From NCBI GenBank assembly GCA_001784875.1, contig MFSH01000008.1, positions 1,555-65,554 of the forward strand: a stretch of 64,000 nucleotides of DNA. The letters are read 5' to 3'. Below, piece after piece: positions 39,200 to 47,539 of the stretch (the first letter of the stretch is position 1; each line of letters opens with the position of its first letter). The DNA comes from Candidatus Moranbacteria bacterium RIFOXYB1_FULL_43_19 (GTDB lineage: Bacteria > Patescibacteriota > Minisyncoccia > Moranbacterales > UBA11712). The translations under genes and the position numbers were made by a program. Below the pieces are notes generated by a model that was given only the letters and a program-made list of their open reading frames with translations, did not search any database and was not told the origin of the DNA.

Positions 39200-41389
39200 A
39201 TGGGGCTCAAATACAAAGTTTTAGAAACAGGGAAAGTAGCACCTCCTCGGCAGTCTCAATCTCCCGATCCGGATCCAAAATCCCAGGATCAATCACGGGA
39301 TATAAATGCGGAGCAGAGCGCAGAAATACCCACGGTCAATCTCGAAGTGTCTTCCGGGGAACCGGCAGGTGAGCCAGCGACACCTGCCACTCCCGAAGCC
39401 GATTCCGTTGCAGCGTCTGCTGATGTTCCTGAAACTCCTTCCAAAAAACCGGCAGGCGAGCCGGTTGCTCCTCCAGCTCCGGAATCCGAAACCGAAAGAA
39501 AAAACCGCGAGGACCTTAATAGAATACAGAAAGAATTTGATGAGAATGAAAAGAAAATAGCCGAAGCGAGGGCGAAAAATTTCAAAAGATGGAGAACAAT
39601 TGGCGAAGCATTGGGCTTGATTAAGAGGCCGGTTGATGAAGGCGATGATGTCAAGGAATATCTTGAGAGAAGAGGAGCTCTTTATAAGGCTTTGAGGGTA
39701 TCCGGAGTAAACGCGTTTAGAGGCAAAAACGAAGATCTTCAGAATTTTTTGACTGAATATGACAAAAGTATGATTGCTGTCAGAACCAGGACCTGGGAGA
39801 TGGATACCAGAGCGGGAAATGCAAAATGGTATGACAAGGCCTTTGTCAAATTCGCGAACGTCAGCAAAAATTATAGGGAGTTCATAGGCAAACAATTTCT
39901 CAATGAGAAAGGGAAGTTGAGCGCCAAAGGAATTTTCAAGGGAACAGCGATTGCAGCTTCAGTGTCCATAGCTATCGCGACGGCTTTGGGCGCAGCCTTG
40001 CCGGCCTTGGGGATTGCCGCTGTCGGCGCTGCTGGGACGACCGCTTGGGGCATGCGGATTTTTGGAGGCGTCGGAGCTGGCTATGCCGCCAAAAAGCGAA
40101 TGGAAGCTGGATTTTTCGAAAAGACCAAAAAAGATGTTGAGAGAAGAGTTTTGGATGCGGTTGAATCGATGAAAAATAAAACTGATGAACAATGGAAGGG
40201 TTATATTGAAGGTTTGGAAATGACTAGTGAGAAAAAATTAAAAGGCATATTAGAGGGAGAAGAGCACAAATTCGCAGATGTGGACGCCAAGCACAAAAGA
40301 TATGCTTTGGCCATCGGTTCGGGGACTGTAGTTGCCGGAGCTCTTGCAAGCCATTATATTATGCCTCATGCCAGAGGAATATTCGGTCAAACTTGGGAAA
40401 AAATAACAAATTCATTTGGTGACGGGAAAACCGGTTTCTATGAATCGTCGCACAGTCCGGTTTCTGATGCGGTTGTTCCGGAAAAGACAGGAGGGCCGTT
40501 TTTGGGCGATTCGCACAGGATCAAATCCGGTGAAAATGTCTGGAAAGTGACGAGGGAGATGTATATAGAGCACGCGAAGGAATATGATCTTAAGCCGGAT
40601 GATCCGAAAATCAAAAATCTGTTCCATTCACTCAAAAAACAGGGTTTCTTGGGCCGGATGGGGATTAATGCCGAAAATTTCAATGATTTGTCAGACGCCG
40701 AAAAAATAAAAATCCTCGCGGAAAACAAAACCGCCAATGCGATGGAATGGTATAAGTCCCATCACGGAGGAAAATTGCCGTCAGCGGTCAGAGAAGGCTG
40801 TACGGTTACTCTGGACGACAAAGGAAAATTGTTTGTAGAGGACATTTCGCAGATCAAGGCCGGAGCCGTTCATCACGAGCCAACTCATAGCGCTGGAAAG
40901 GCGGCTACGGCAGCGGAACATCATGGACGGGGCGGCAGAGGAGCAGTTGATACGAGCGAATTCGATCGGAGAATAGAAGATGCTCGGGAACGTGGAGCAG
41001 CGGCGGAAGCTTTTGGCAGGAGTGAAGTTGCGCGGCTCGGAGCGGAGGCTCAAGCCTTGAATGAACAGGCTGTTGCGGGCCTTACCAGCGCCAACGCGCG
41101 GCTTTGGAACAGCTGGCTTGAAAATCTGGGAGGTTTCAAGCTCAACACGCCGGCTTCTCAAATTCAAGAAGCTATCGGCCGTTTTAGTCCGGGAATCACA
41201 AGTGACATGCCGCTTGCGCCAACTGCCGAGGAAATGACTCAAAGGGCAAGTGCGGTCAATTTCACACAGGAAACTTTTCAAAAATTTCCGCCTCTCAATG
41301 CTCGGGAAACGATGCAGCAATATCTAGAACGGATGTCGCGAACCAGTTTCAACCTTTTCAAGGCCTTGAGCATAAAAAACAGACTTTAA
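39200..41389 (+). CDS. Large hypothetical membrane-associated protein, possible LysM-like segment
   Basis: Pro/Glu-rich N-terminus, Gly/Ala-rich hydrophobic helices, HRIKSGENVWKV. Confidence 0.75.
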   Translation: MGLKYKVLETGKVAPPRQSQSPDPDPKSQDQSRDINAEQSAEIPTVNLEVSSGEPAGEPATPATPEADSVAASADVPETPSKKPAGEPVAPPAPESETERKNREDLNRIQKEFDENEKKIAEARAKNFKRWRTIGEALGLIKRPVDEGDDVKEYLERRGALYKALRVSGVNAFRGKNEDLQNFLTEYDKSMIAVRTRTWEMDTRAGNAKWYDKAFVKFANVSKNYREFIGKQFLNEKGKLSAKGIFKGTAIAASVSIAIATALGAALPALGIAAVGAAGTTAWGMRIFGGVGAGYAAKKRMEAGFFEKTKKDVERRVLDAVESMKNKTDEQWKGYIEGLEMTSEKKLKGILEGEEHKFADVDAKHKRYALAIGSGTVVAGALASHYIMPHARGIFGQTWEKITNSFGDGKTGFYESSHSPVSDAVVPEKTGGPFLGDSHRIKSGENVWKVTREMYIEHAKEYDLKPDDPKIKNLFHSLKKQGFLGRMGINAENFNDLSDAEKIKILAENKTANAMEWYKSHHGGKLPSAVREGCTVTLDDKGKLFVEDISQIKAGAVHHEPTHSAGKAATAAEHHGRGGRGAVDTSEFDRRIEDARERGAAAEAFGRSEVARLGAEAQALNEQAVAGLTSANARLWNSWLENLGGFKLNTPASQIQEAIGRFSPGITSDMPLAPTAEEMTQRASAVNFTQETFQKFPPLNARETMQQYLERMSRTSFNLFKALSIKNRL

Positions 41390-41407
41390 TATTTAGAAAA
41401 CAAAACA

Positions 41408-41746
41408 ATGACAACAAAAAACACAATCATGCAGGAAACAATCGTTGAAGAATTGGGACTCACGGATTTGCCTGAAGAGCAAAAATCCAAAGTTCTGGTG
41501 AATCTCCTGGAGTTGGTTTTGAAGCGCCTTTATATGGAGACAATGGACAAACTGTCGCCGGAAGACCAAAAGGAACTGATGAAAATAATTGATGAAAAAG
41601 GGGAACCGGACAGAATTGAAAAATTCCTTCGCGAGAAAATTAGCGATTATGACGAATTTGTGAAAAAAGTGGTGAGCGACCTGAAAGACGAGCTGAAAGA
41701 AGACATCGCCGGCTTTGGAAATGCGGAGGAAGCGACAAAGAGCTGA
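41408..41746 (+). CDS. DUF5663-like small acidic protein
   Basis: EELGLTDLPEEQK...KR....MDKLS..DQ.E pattern recalled from CPR DUF5663 proteins; not searched. Confidence 0.7.
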   Translation: MTTKNTIMQETIVEELGLTDLPEEQKSKVLVNLLELVLKRLYMETMDKLSPEDQKELMKIIDEKGEPDRIEKFLREKISDYDEFVKKVVSDLKDELKEDIAGFGNAEEATKS

Positions 41747-41949
41747 AAGTTGATATGGAAATAGCGACGCTTTTGGCGTAATTTCTAATTTCTGATACCC
41801 AATTTCCAATAAAATGTCCAATATTAAAAATTAAAATTTTTGTAATTGGGCATTTAGATTTTTATTAGAAATTAGATGTTAAATATTGGAATTTTGACGG
41901 GAAGTTTATTTACGGTGATATTGCATAAATAAATATTTACGGATCTTTT

Positions 41950-42474
41950 ATGGCACAACAATTATATCAGGAGCCTATCGAAAAGGAGGATTTGGATTTG
42001 GCGAAAAAGTTAAAAAGTGATATTCCAGCCGCGGGCGCAGGAAAAGTACCAGAAAATGTGGAAACGAAAAAAACGGAAATTACTGAAATTCCGGAAGTAC
42101 CGGTGCCGGAGGCTGAAAAAGCCACGGGAGTTGAATCTGAAATGGGAGGAGAAAAAAAGGCCGAGGAAGTTTCCGAAAAAATTGAAACCGTCCGGAAATC
42201 GATCCAAACCCAAAAACCGACGGCCGGGGCGAGCGTGGCTTCGGACGCGGGAACAGTTTCGCAAATCACAGAATATGAAAAAAAAGTGGAAAAACTGGTC
42301 GAAATGGCGCTCCAAAAAGGCCCGGAGCACGCGATCAAAGTCGCGCGGCACATGGACAAAGGAAAGTCTCCCAGCCAGGCGGATAACTATACCCTCGATG
42401 AAATCCACGACCGTCTTTTGGAAGAGAGTCTTCGAAAACAACTTATTCAGAAAGGACTATTAAAAGAATTATAA
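41950..42474 (+). CDS. Hypothetical protein
   Basis: Acidic N-terminus; C-terminal LVEMALQKG..HAIKVA...YTLDEIHDRL; precedes the ATPase. Confidence 0.75.
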   Translation: MAQQLYQEPIEKEDLDLAKKLKSDIPAAGAGKVPENVETKKTEITEIPEVPVPEAEKATGVESEMGGEKKAEEVSEKIETVRKSIQTQKPTAGASVASDAGTVSQITEYEKKVEKLVEMALQKGPEHAIKVARHMDKGKSPSQADNYTLDEIHDRLLEESLRKQLIQKGLLKEL

Positions 42475-42621
42475 ATTTTTAATTTAGAATTTCGAAATAA
42501 TTTCAAATGATATAATTTTGAAACATTAAAGCATTGGAACATTATTTCAAAATTAAAAATTGGAAATTCAAAATTGTATATCAGAATATTCTTCTTAAAA
42601 TAAAAACAAAAACATATTTAG

Positions 42622-45156
42622 ATGGATGTATATAATTTGAACTTGATAATGTATCCCCTTGCTTTTCTTTTGGCCGCGCTAAGCTTTGGTTCGGCGTTTT
42701 TGATGATTTTCAAAAGCTTTGTTTCTTTTCGCGCTGAAATCACCCGGTCGCTTAATATGGATATTGACATTGTCAAAGTTTCGCGGTCACTCAAAGCCCA
42801 GAATCCGCAGGCGCAGCAGCAGCAGCCGAAAAATGACAAAGAGCTTATTTCCGTAACGGAACATCTTTTCGCGAGCCTCGGGAATATCAAGGAAAAAACC
42901 GGAATTTTCCATCGGCTGATCTATGGCGATGCGGTTATATCCCTTGAAATCGCCAATCCGGCGAGCGGAGATGAGATTTGTTTTTTTGTCGGGGCGCCAA
43001 AAAAATTTATCAATATAGTCGAACGCCAGATTCATAGCTTTTATCCCAAAGCAGCCATCGAAAGGGTAAAAGATTACAATATTTTCAATCCGGGAAGCTT
43101 CACGGCGGCATCGTACCTCAAGCTCAGTCAAAAAAATCATTTTCCGATCCGCACCTATCTGTCTTTGGAGTCCGATCCGCTCAACAATATCACCAATGTC
43201 CTTGGAAAATTTGATGAAAAAAAAGAAGGAGCGGCGATCCAGCTTCTGATAAAACCAGCTCGTGGCGATTGGAGGACCAAAGGGCGGGAAGTAGCTCATA
43301 AAATGCAGCAGGGGAGGCAACTTTCGGACGTGAAAAAAGACAGTTTTTTTCGAGAACTGTTTCGAGGATTCTTCAAAATAGCCGTGAAAAAAGATGACAG
43401 TCAGAAAAAAGATATTCTGAAAAGTGATAAAGATCCGGTGCAGCTGACACCTGAAGAACAGGAAATCATAAAAAAAATCGAGGGAAAGTCGAACAAGCCC
43501 GGATTTTTGGTCAACATCCGCCTCGTGGCTTCGGCCCTCACCCAGGAACGTTCCGAGCAGGTGCTGGCCGAACTTGAAAACGCTTTCATTCAATACGAAA
43601 ATCCCGGGCTGAACCGATTTCGGGTGTTGAGGGAAGACAAAATACGCAAAAAAAACATCGCTTTCGATTTCATTTTCCGGAATTTCAAAGACGACCAGGG
43701 AATGATTCTTTCCTCCGAAGAAGTGGCCAGCATATTCCATTTCCCTCTTTCTTCGACAGAAACGCCGAAAATTTCCTGGCTCAAGTCCCGCACGGCCTCT
43801 CCGCCTTCGAATATTTCCAAGGAAGGAATCAAAATTGGCTACAATGACTATCGCGGAGTGGAAACGGTCATCCGGCACAACGCTGACGATCGTCGCCGCC
43901 ATTTCTATATCATTGGTCAAACCGGAACCGGAAAATCGACCATGATCCAGGAAATAGTGAAGCAGGACATCAAAAACGGTGAGGGGGTCTGCGTGATCGA
44001 TCCGCACGGCGATCTGGTTGACCACATCATTGAATCCATTCCCAAAGAGCGGGCGGAGGACGTCATTTATTTTGACCCGGCCGATATAGAGAGGCCATTC
44101 GGGCTCAATATGCTTGAATTCGACCATGCCAAACCGGAGCAAAAGACTTTTGTTATTAATGAGATGATCAACATTTTTGACAAGCTCTATGACCTCCGCC
44201 AGACAGGTGGGCCGATGTTCGAGCAGTATATGCGCAATGCCGCTCTTCTTGTCATGGAACACTCCGAATCCGGCGCAACACTAATGGAAATTCCGCGCGT
44301 TCTCGCCGACGAAGAATTCCGTCATATGAAACTTTCCCATTGCACAAACCCGGTCGTCAAGAATTTCTGGGAAAAAGAAGCTGAAAAAGCGGGGGGCGAA
44401 GCGGCGCTGGCCAACATGGTTCCCTATATCACTTCAAAACTCACCCAGTTCATTTCGAACGACATGATGCGCCCGATCATCGCCCAGGAAAAAAGCACCA
44501 TCAATTTTCGGCGGGCAATGGATGACCGGCGGATAGTTCTTGTCAATCTTTCCAAAGGAAAAATCGGAGAAATAAACGCCAACCTTTTGGGTATGATTAT
44601 TGTCGGAAAAATTTTGATCGCGGCTCTTTCACGGGTGGACACGCACGAAGAAGGGCGCAAAGATTTCTATCTCTATATCGACGAATTCCAAAATTTCACG
44701 ACCGATTCAATCGCCCAGATTCTTTCCGAAGCCCGCAAATACCGCTTATCACTTATCATAGCCCACCAGTTCATTGCCCAGCTCAAGGAGGAAATTTCGA
44801 AGGCTGTTTTCGGAAACGTTGGTTCAATCTGCTCATTTCGCATCGGGGCCGAAGATGCCGAGTTTGTCCAGAAGCAGTTCGAGCCGGTTTTTGACGCCAA
44901 CGACCTCATGAATGTTGATAACCGGAATTGCTTCATGAAACTTTTGATCGCGAGCCAGGTGGCGCCGCCGTTCAATATGAAAACTTATCCACCGACTGTC
45001 GGCAATCCGAAGATTGCCGAAGCCATCAAAGAGCTTTCCAAGTTGAAATATGGCAGGAACCGTGATATAGTGAATGAGGAGATCATGAAAAAGGCGGCAT
45101 TTGTCGCCGCTGCTCCGACGGCCGACGCGTTTGATATGGGAGAAAAGCCTTTGTGA
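42622..45156 (+). CDS. VirD4/TraD (HerA/FtsK superfamily) ATPase with N-terminal TM
   Basis: RRHFYIIGQTGTGKS (Walker A), VIDPHGDL, YLYIDEFQNF (Walker B), SEARKYRL, AHQFIAQL, FGNVG. Confidence 0.9.
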   Translation: MDVYNLNLIMYPLAFLLAALSFGSAFLMIFKSFVSFRAEITRSLNMDIDIVKVSRSLKAQNPQAQQQQPKNDKELISVTEHLFASLGNIKEKTGIFHRLIYGDAVISLEIANPASGDEICFFVGAPKKFINIVERQIHSFYPKAAIERVKDYNIFNPGSFTAASYLKLSQKNHFPIRTYLSLESDPLNNITNVLGKFDEKKEGAAIQLLIKPARGDWRTKGREVAHKMQQGRQLSDVKKDSFFRELFRGFFKIAVKKDDSQKKDILKSDKDPVQLTPEEQEIIKKIEGKSNKPGFLVNIRLVASALTQERSEQVLAELENAFIQYENPGLNRFRVLREDKIRKKNIAFDFIFRNFKDDQGMILSSEEVASIFHFPLSSTETPKISWLKSRTASPPSNISKEGIKIGYNDYRGVETVIRHNADDRRRHFYIIGQTGTGKSTMIQEIVKQDIKNGEGVCVIDPHGDLVDHIIESIPKERAEDVIYFDPADIERPFGLNMLEFDHAKPEQKTFVINEMINIFDKLYDLRQTGGPMFEQYMRNAALLVMEHSESGATLMEIPRVLADEEFRHMKLSHCTNPVVKNFWEKEAEKAGGEAALANMVPYITSKLTQFISNDMMRPIIAQEKSTINFRRAMDDRRIVLVNLSKGKIGEINANLLGMIIVGKILIAALSRVDTHEEGRKDFYLYIDEFQNFTTDSIAQILSEARKYRLSLIIAHQFIAQLKEEISKAVFGNVGSICSFRIGAEDAEFVQKQFEPVFDANDLMNVDNRNCFMKLLIASQVAPPFNMKTYPPTVGNPKIAEAIKELSKLKYGRNRDIVNEEIMKKAAFVAAAPTADAFDMGEKPL

Positions 45157-45283
45157 ATAAAAAAGTAAAAATGAATAAGTAAAAGTTTCGGTACTCGCTT
45201 CGCTCGTTTTTTTTATAAATTAATATCGCGAAGCGAATCCTTAGCCTTTAGTTTTTCGCTTTTAATTTTTAATTTATATCGTT

Positions 45284-45421
45284 ATGACCGACGAAACTAC
45301 AACTCCGATGACGGATGCTCCGGCAACGGATGCTCCGGCTGCTCCGGAAGCTCCGATGGCTTCTCCAGTGGAACCGACTCCGGAAATGCCTCCAGCGGAA
45401 GAAGCTCCGAAAGCCGAGTAA
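45284..45421 (+). CDS. Small acidic Pro/Ala-rich protein (45 aa)
   Basis: Below the ORF-track cutoff: MTDETTTPMTDAPATDAPAAPEAPMASPVEPTPEMPPAEEAPKAE*, followed by a terminator. Confidence 0.65.
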   Translation: MTDETTTPMTDAPATDAPAAPEAPMASPVEPTPEMPPAEEAPKAE

Positions 45422-45444
45422 TTATTTTTCAAAAATTACTCATC

Positions 45445-45477
45445 AAAAAAGCCAGTCGAGAACGACAGGCTTTTTTG
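45445..45477. terminator. Bidirectional intrinsic terminator
   Basis: AAAAAAGCC-A-GTC...GAC-A-GGCTTTTTT between convergent genes. Confidence 0.6.
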
Positions 45478-45537
45478 TTTGGAAAAGAAAACCGCTTGGC
45501 GAATGCCCAAGCGGTCGGTTCTGCAGTTATTTTGCCC

Positions 45538-46167
45538 TTAGAAAAGGTCTCTTTGCCGGGCCGGATCCGACAAGCTTCTCAAATTTGGATCGTTGGTTGG
45601 AATCATATAATCGACACAGAGGTAGTATTTCAATACGTTGGCAGCGGCTTCTCTCATTTTTATGCCCGAAAATTTATAATCTTTCAGGACTGAATATACA
45701 GCGTCCCGAATTATGGCCGCGTCAACTTTTGCCTTTTTTCTTCCTTTACCCCTTTTTTCAAGGACGATACTTCTTGCCTTGTCCAACTGTTCTCGGGTCC
45801 TTTCGTTTTCCGGCTGTCCGAAAGAATCTTTCAGCTCTTTTGCCCGCTTCCGACGGAAGTGCTCTTCCGGCGGGATGGATATTGTATTTTCAATACGTCT
45901 GGCCAAACTTCCCCAGAAACGGTCCTGTTCCTCCTTGGAGCTTATTCCCGTGATTCCAAAAACAATTCCGATAACTTCTTTCTTGCGTTCTTGAAATTCG
46001 GGGTGTTCGACACCGACCTCCTTGTTTCTCAGGATGCGCACGGCTATTTTCACCATTTCGTTGAGAAGTGAAACCTCCTCGTCGGTGAAAATCCTCTCTT
46101 TTTTCTTTCCCATTTGCGGGTCTCCTCCTTTTTTCCGGAACGGGTTTTCAATATCTCCCTTGCTCAT
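45538..46167 (-). CDS. Hypothetical basic protein
   Basis: 209 aa; start overlaps the DUF763 stop (ATGA). Confidence 0.7.
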   Translation of the reverse strand: MSKGDIENPFRKKGGDPQMGKKKERIFTDEEVSLLNEMVKIAVRILRNKEVGVEHPEFQERKKEVIGIVFGITGISSKEEQDRFWGSLARRIENTISIPPEEHFRRKRAKELKDSFGQPENERTREQLDKARSIVLEKRGKGRKKAKVDAAIIRDAVYSVLKDYKFSGIKMREAAANVLKYYLCVDYMIPTNDPNLRSLSDPARQRDLF

Positions 46168-47393
46168 ATTATGCGATTCATTATCTTATTTCTTTCAGAA
46201 TATCCGATTTTCATTTTCTCGACAAGTTTTTGCATGGTTTGGATTGTTTGGTCATAAGTCGGCCGGTCGACGGGGTAGGGGATGAAATCCTTTCCTCCAT
46301 GGGCGAAAGAATAGCGGGCCGGGTCTTCATACGAGGCTTTCGCGCCATAAATCACTTCGGCTGTGAGAGCCAACGCTCGAATGGTCTTTGGGCCGACGCC
46401 TTTCAAGGATAAAAGCTGTTCGTAACTTTTTGGTTTTATTTCGGAAACTTCATATAAAATCTTTTCGAGATATTTACTTTTTGAAAAATCTTCAAATATC
46501 ACAGGGTGGGTTTTGAAATCGAGATTGGTTAAATTAACTTTCGTCAGCACCTGGTGTTTGTTGCCAACAGACATTACTTCACTTTGGGGCGTGGAATATT
46601 TTCGCAGCAGTTTGAGATCTTTCATCAAAGTATTATAACTCCCTTGCACGAGTTCTGTGCTGATTTTTTGCGCATTCTCGCTTTCTTTGGCGGTCATATT
46701 TAGTCCGGTATTTTTTCCATCCGAAATTATACCAGCATGTGGTTCAATAACCATGTTATTAGTAGAGTCCGAAAACCAGTGATATCTCCGCGCTGTGACC
46801 TCTCTTTCGTTCATGCCTTGCTGGACGACTGCCCAGGCGCCGTTCTCGCCCCCACACCAATCTCCGGAATTATTGGATTTATTTTTTTCGTTTTTTATCT
46901 TTTTCTTCCATGAGGATTGGTATGGGGGTACCGAAAAGAAAAAACAGTGATGATAGATTTGAAATCCGTCTTGAATGAGTGAGGAATCAACTTTGGCGGC
47001 CATGCGGGAATTATACTCGAGCGAATTTATTTTCTCTTGCGAGAGTTCGGCTCGCGCGCCAAAAAGAGAAATTTGTTCCGGAGTCTTGAGGGAAGTTTTT
47101 CCTTTCCCGCCGCAAATATATATTCCCAAGTCCTTTTCTTCGCCCCGAATGGCTTCTTTGAGAGCAGCGGTCAAAATCGTCGTCAGTCCCGACGCGTTCC
47201 AGTCAAAAGCGAGAACCGTTCCGAGCGCTTGAAACCAGACCGGATCGGAAATCCTTTTCACAAATTCATCCGGTCCGTATTCGGCGACAATGACCCGCGC
47301 CATCTCTCGTCCCAGCTTCACCATCCGCTCAAAGAGCCATTTCGGACACTTGCCGTAATCAAGGGTAAATGTAGCAATTCCACGCTTAAACAT
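46164..47393 (-). CDS. DUF763 family protein with an in-frame 84-nt insertion
   Basis: WLFERM, DPVWFQALG..DWNASG.TT, GGKG, AKVD, WAVVQQGMN, ARRYHW, GVGPKTIRAL, SFAHGGKD..PYPVD. Confidence 0.88.
   Translation of the reverse strand: MFKRGIATFTLDYGKCPKWLFERMVKLGREMARVIVAEYGPDEFVKRISDPVWFQALGTVLAFDWNASGLTTILTAALKEAIRGEEKDLGIYICGGKGKTSLKTPEQISLFGARAELSQEKINSLEYNSRMAAKVDSSLIQDGFQIYHHCFFFSVPPYQSSWKKKIKNEKNKSNNSGDWCGGENGAWAVVQQGMNEREVTARRYHWFSDSTNNMVIEPHAGIISDGKNTGLNMTAKESENAQKISTELVQGSYNTLMKDLKLLRKYSTPQSEVMSVGNKHQVLTKVNLTNLDFKTHPVIFEDFSKSKYLEKILYEVSEIKPKSYEQLLSLKGVGPKTIRALALTAEVIYGAKASYEDPARYSFAHGGKDFIPYPVDRPTYDQTIQTMQKLVEKMKIGYSERNKIMNRII
46845..46928. mobile_element. 84-nt inverted-repeat element inserted in frame
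   Basis: CTCG-CCCCCACACCAATC...GATTGGTATGGGGG; encodes 28 aa PPYQ...WCGGE; removal gives FFSV-NGAWAVVQQG. Confidence 0.8.
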
Positions 47394-47482
47394 GATATCA
47401 CTATATCACTATATTATAATTTGTGGTAGTATCTATATGGACGTATCTATTTTTTACCTATATAATAATTGAACATGAAATT

Positions 47483-47522
47483 CCGCGGTTGAATATTTGC
47501 TGCGCAAATTCAACTGGGCAGG
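47483..47522. mobile_element. 40-nt hairpin element in a relic uvrB start
   Basis: CCGCGGTTGAATATTTGCTGCGCAAATTCAACTGGG-CAGG; flanks join to ATG AAA TTC AAA ATT. Confidence 0.6.
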
Positions 47523-47539
47523 CAAAATTTAATCTAAGT

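Noticed and set aside
42787-44262. 491-aa antisense ORF
   Set aside because: Lies wholly opposite the conserved ATPase with no motifs; a shadow ORF, like those opposite uvrB, guaB and mrdA.
45315-45953. 212-aa plus-strand ORF
   Set aside because: Crosses a terminator and overlaps both the 45-aa peptide and the minus-strand gene; no RBS or motifs.
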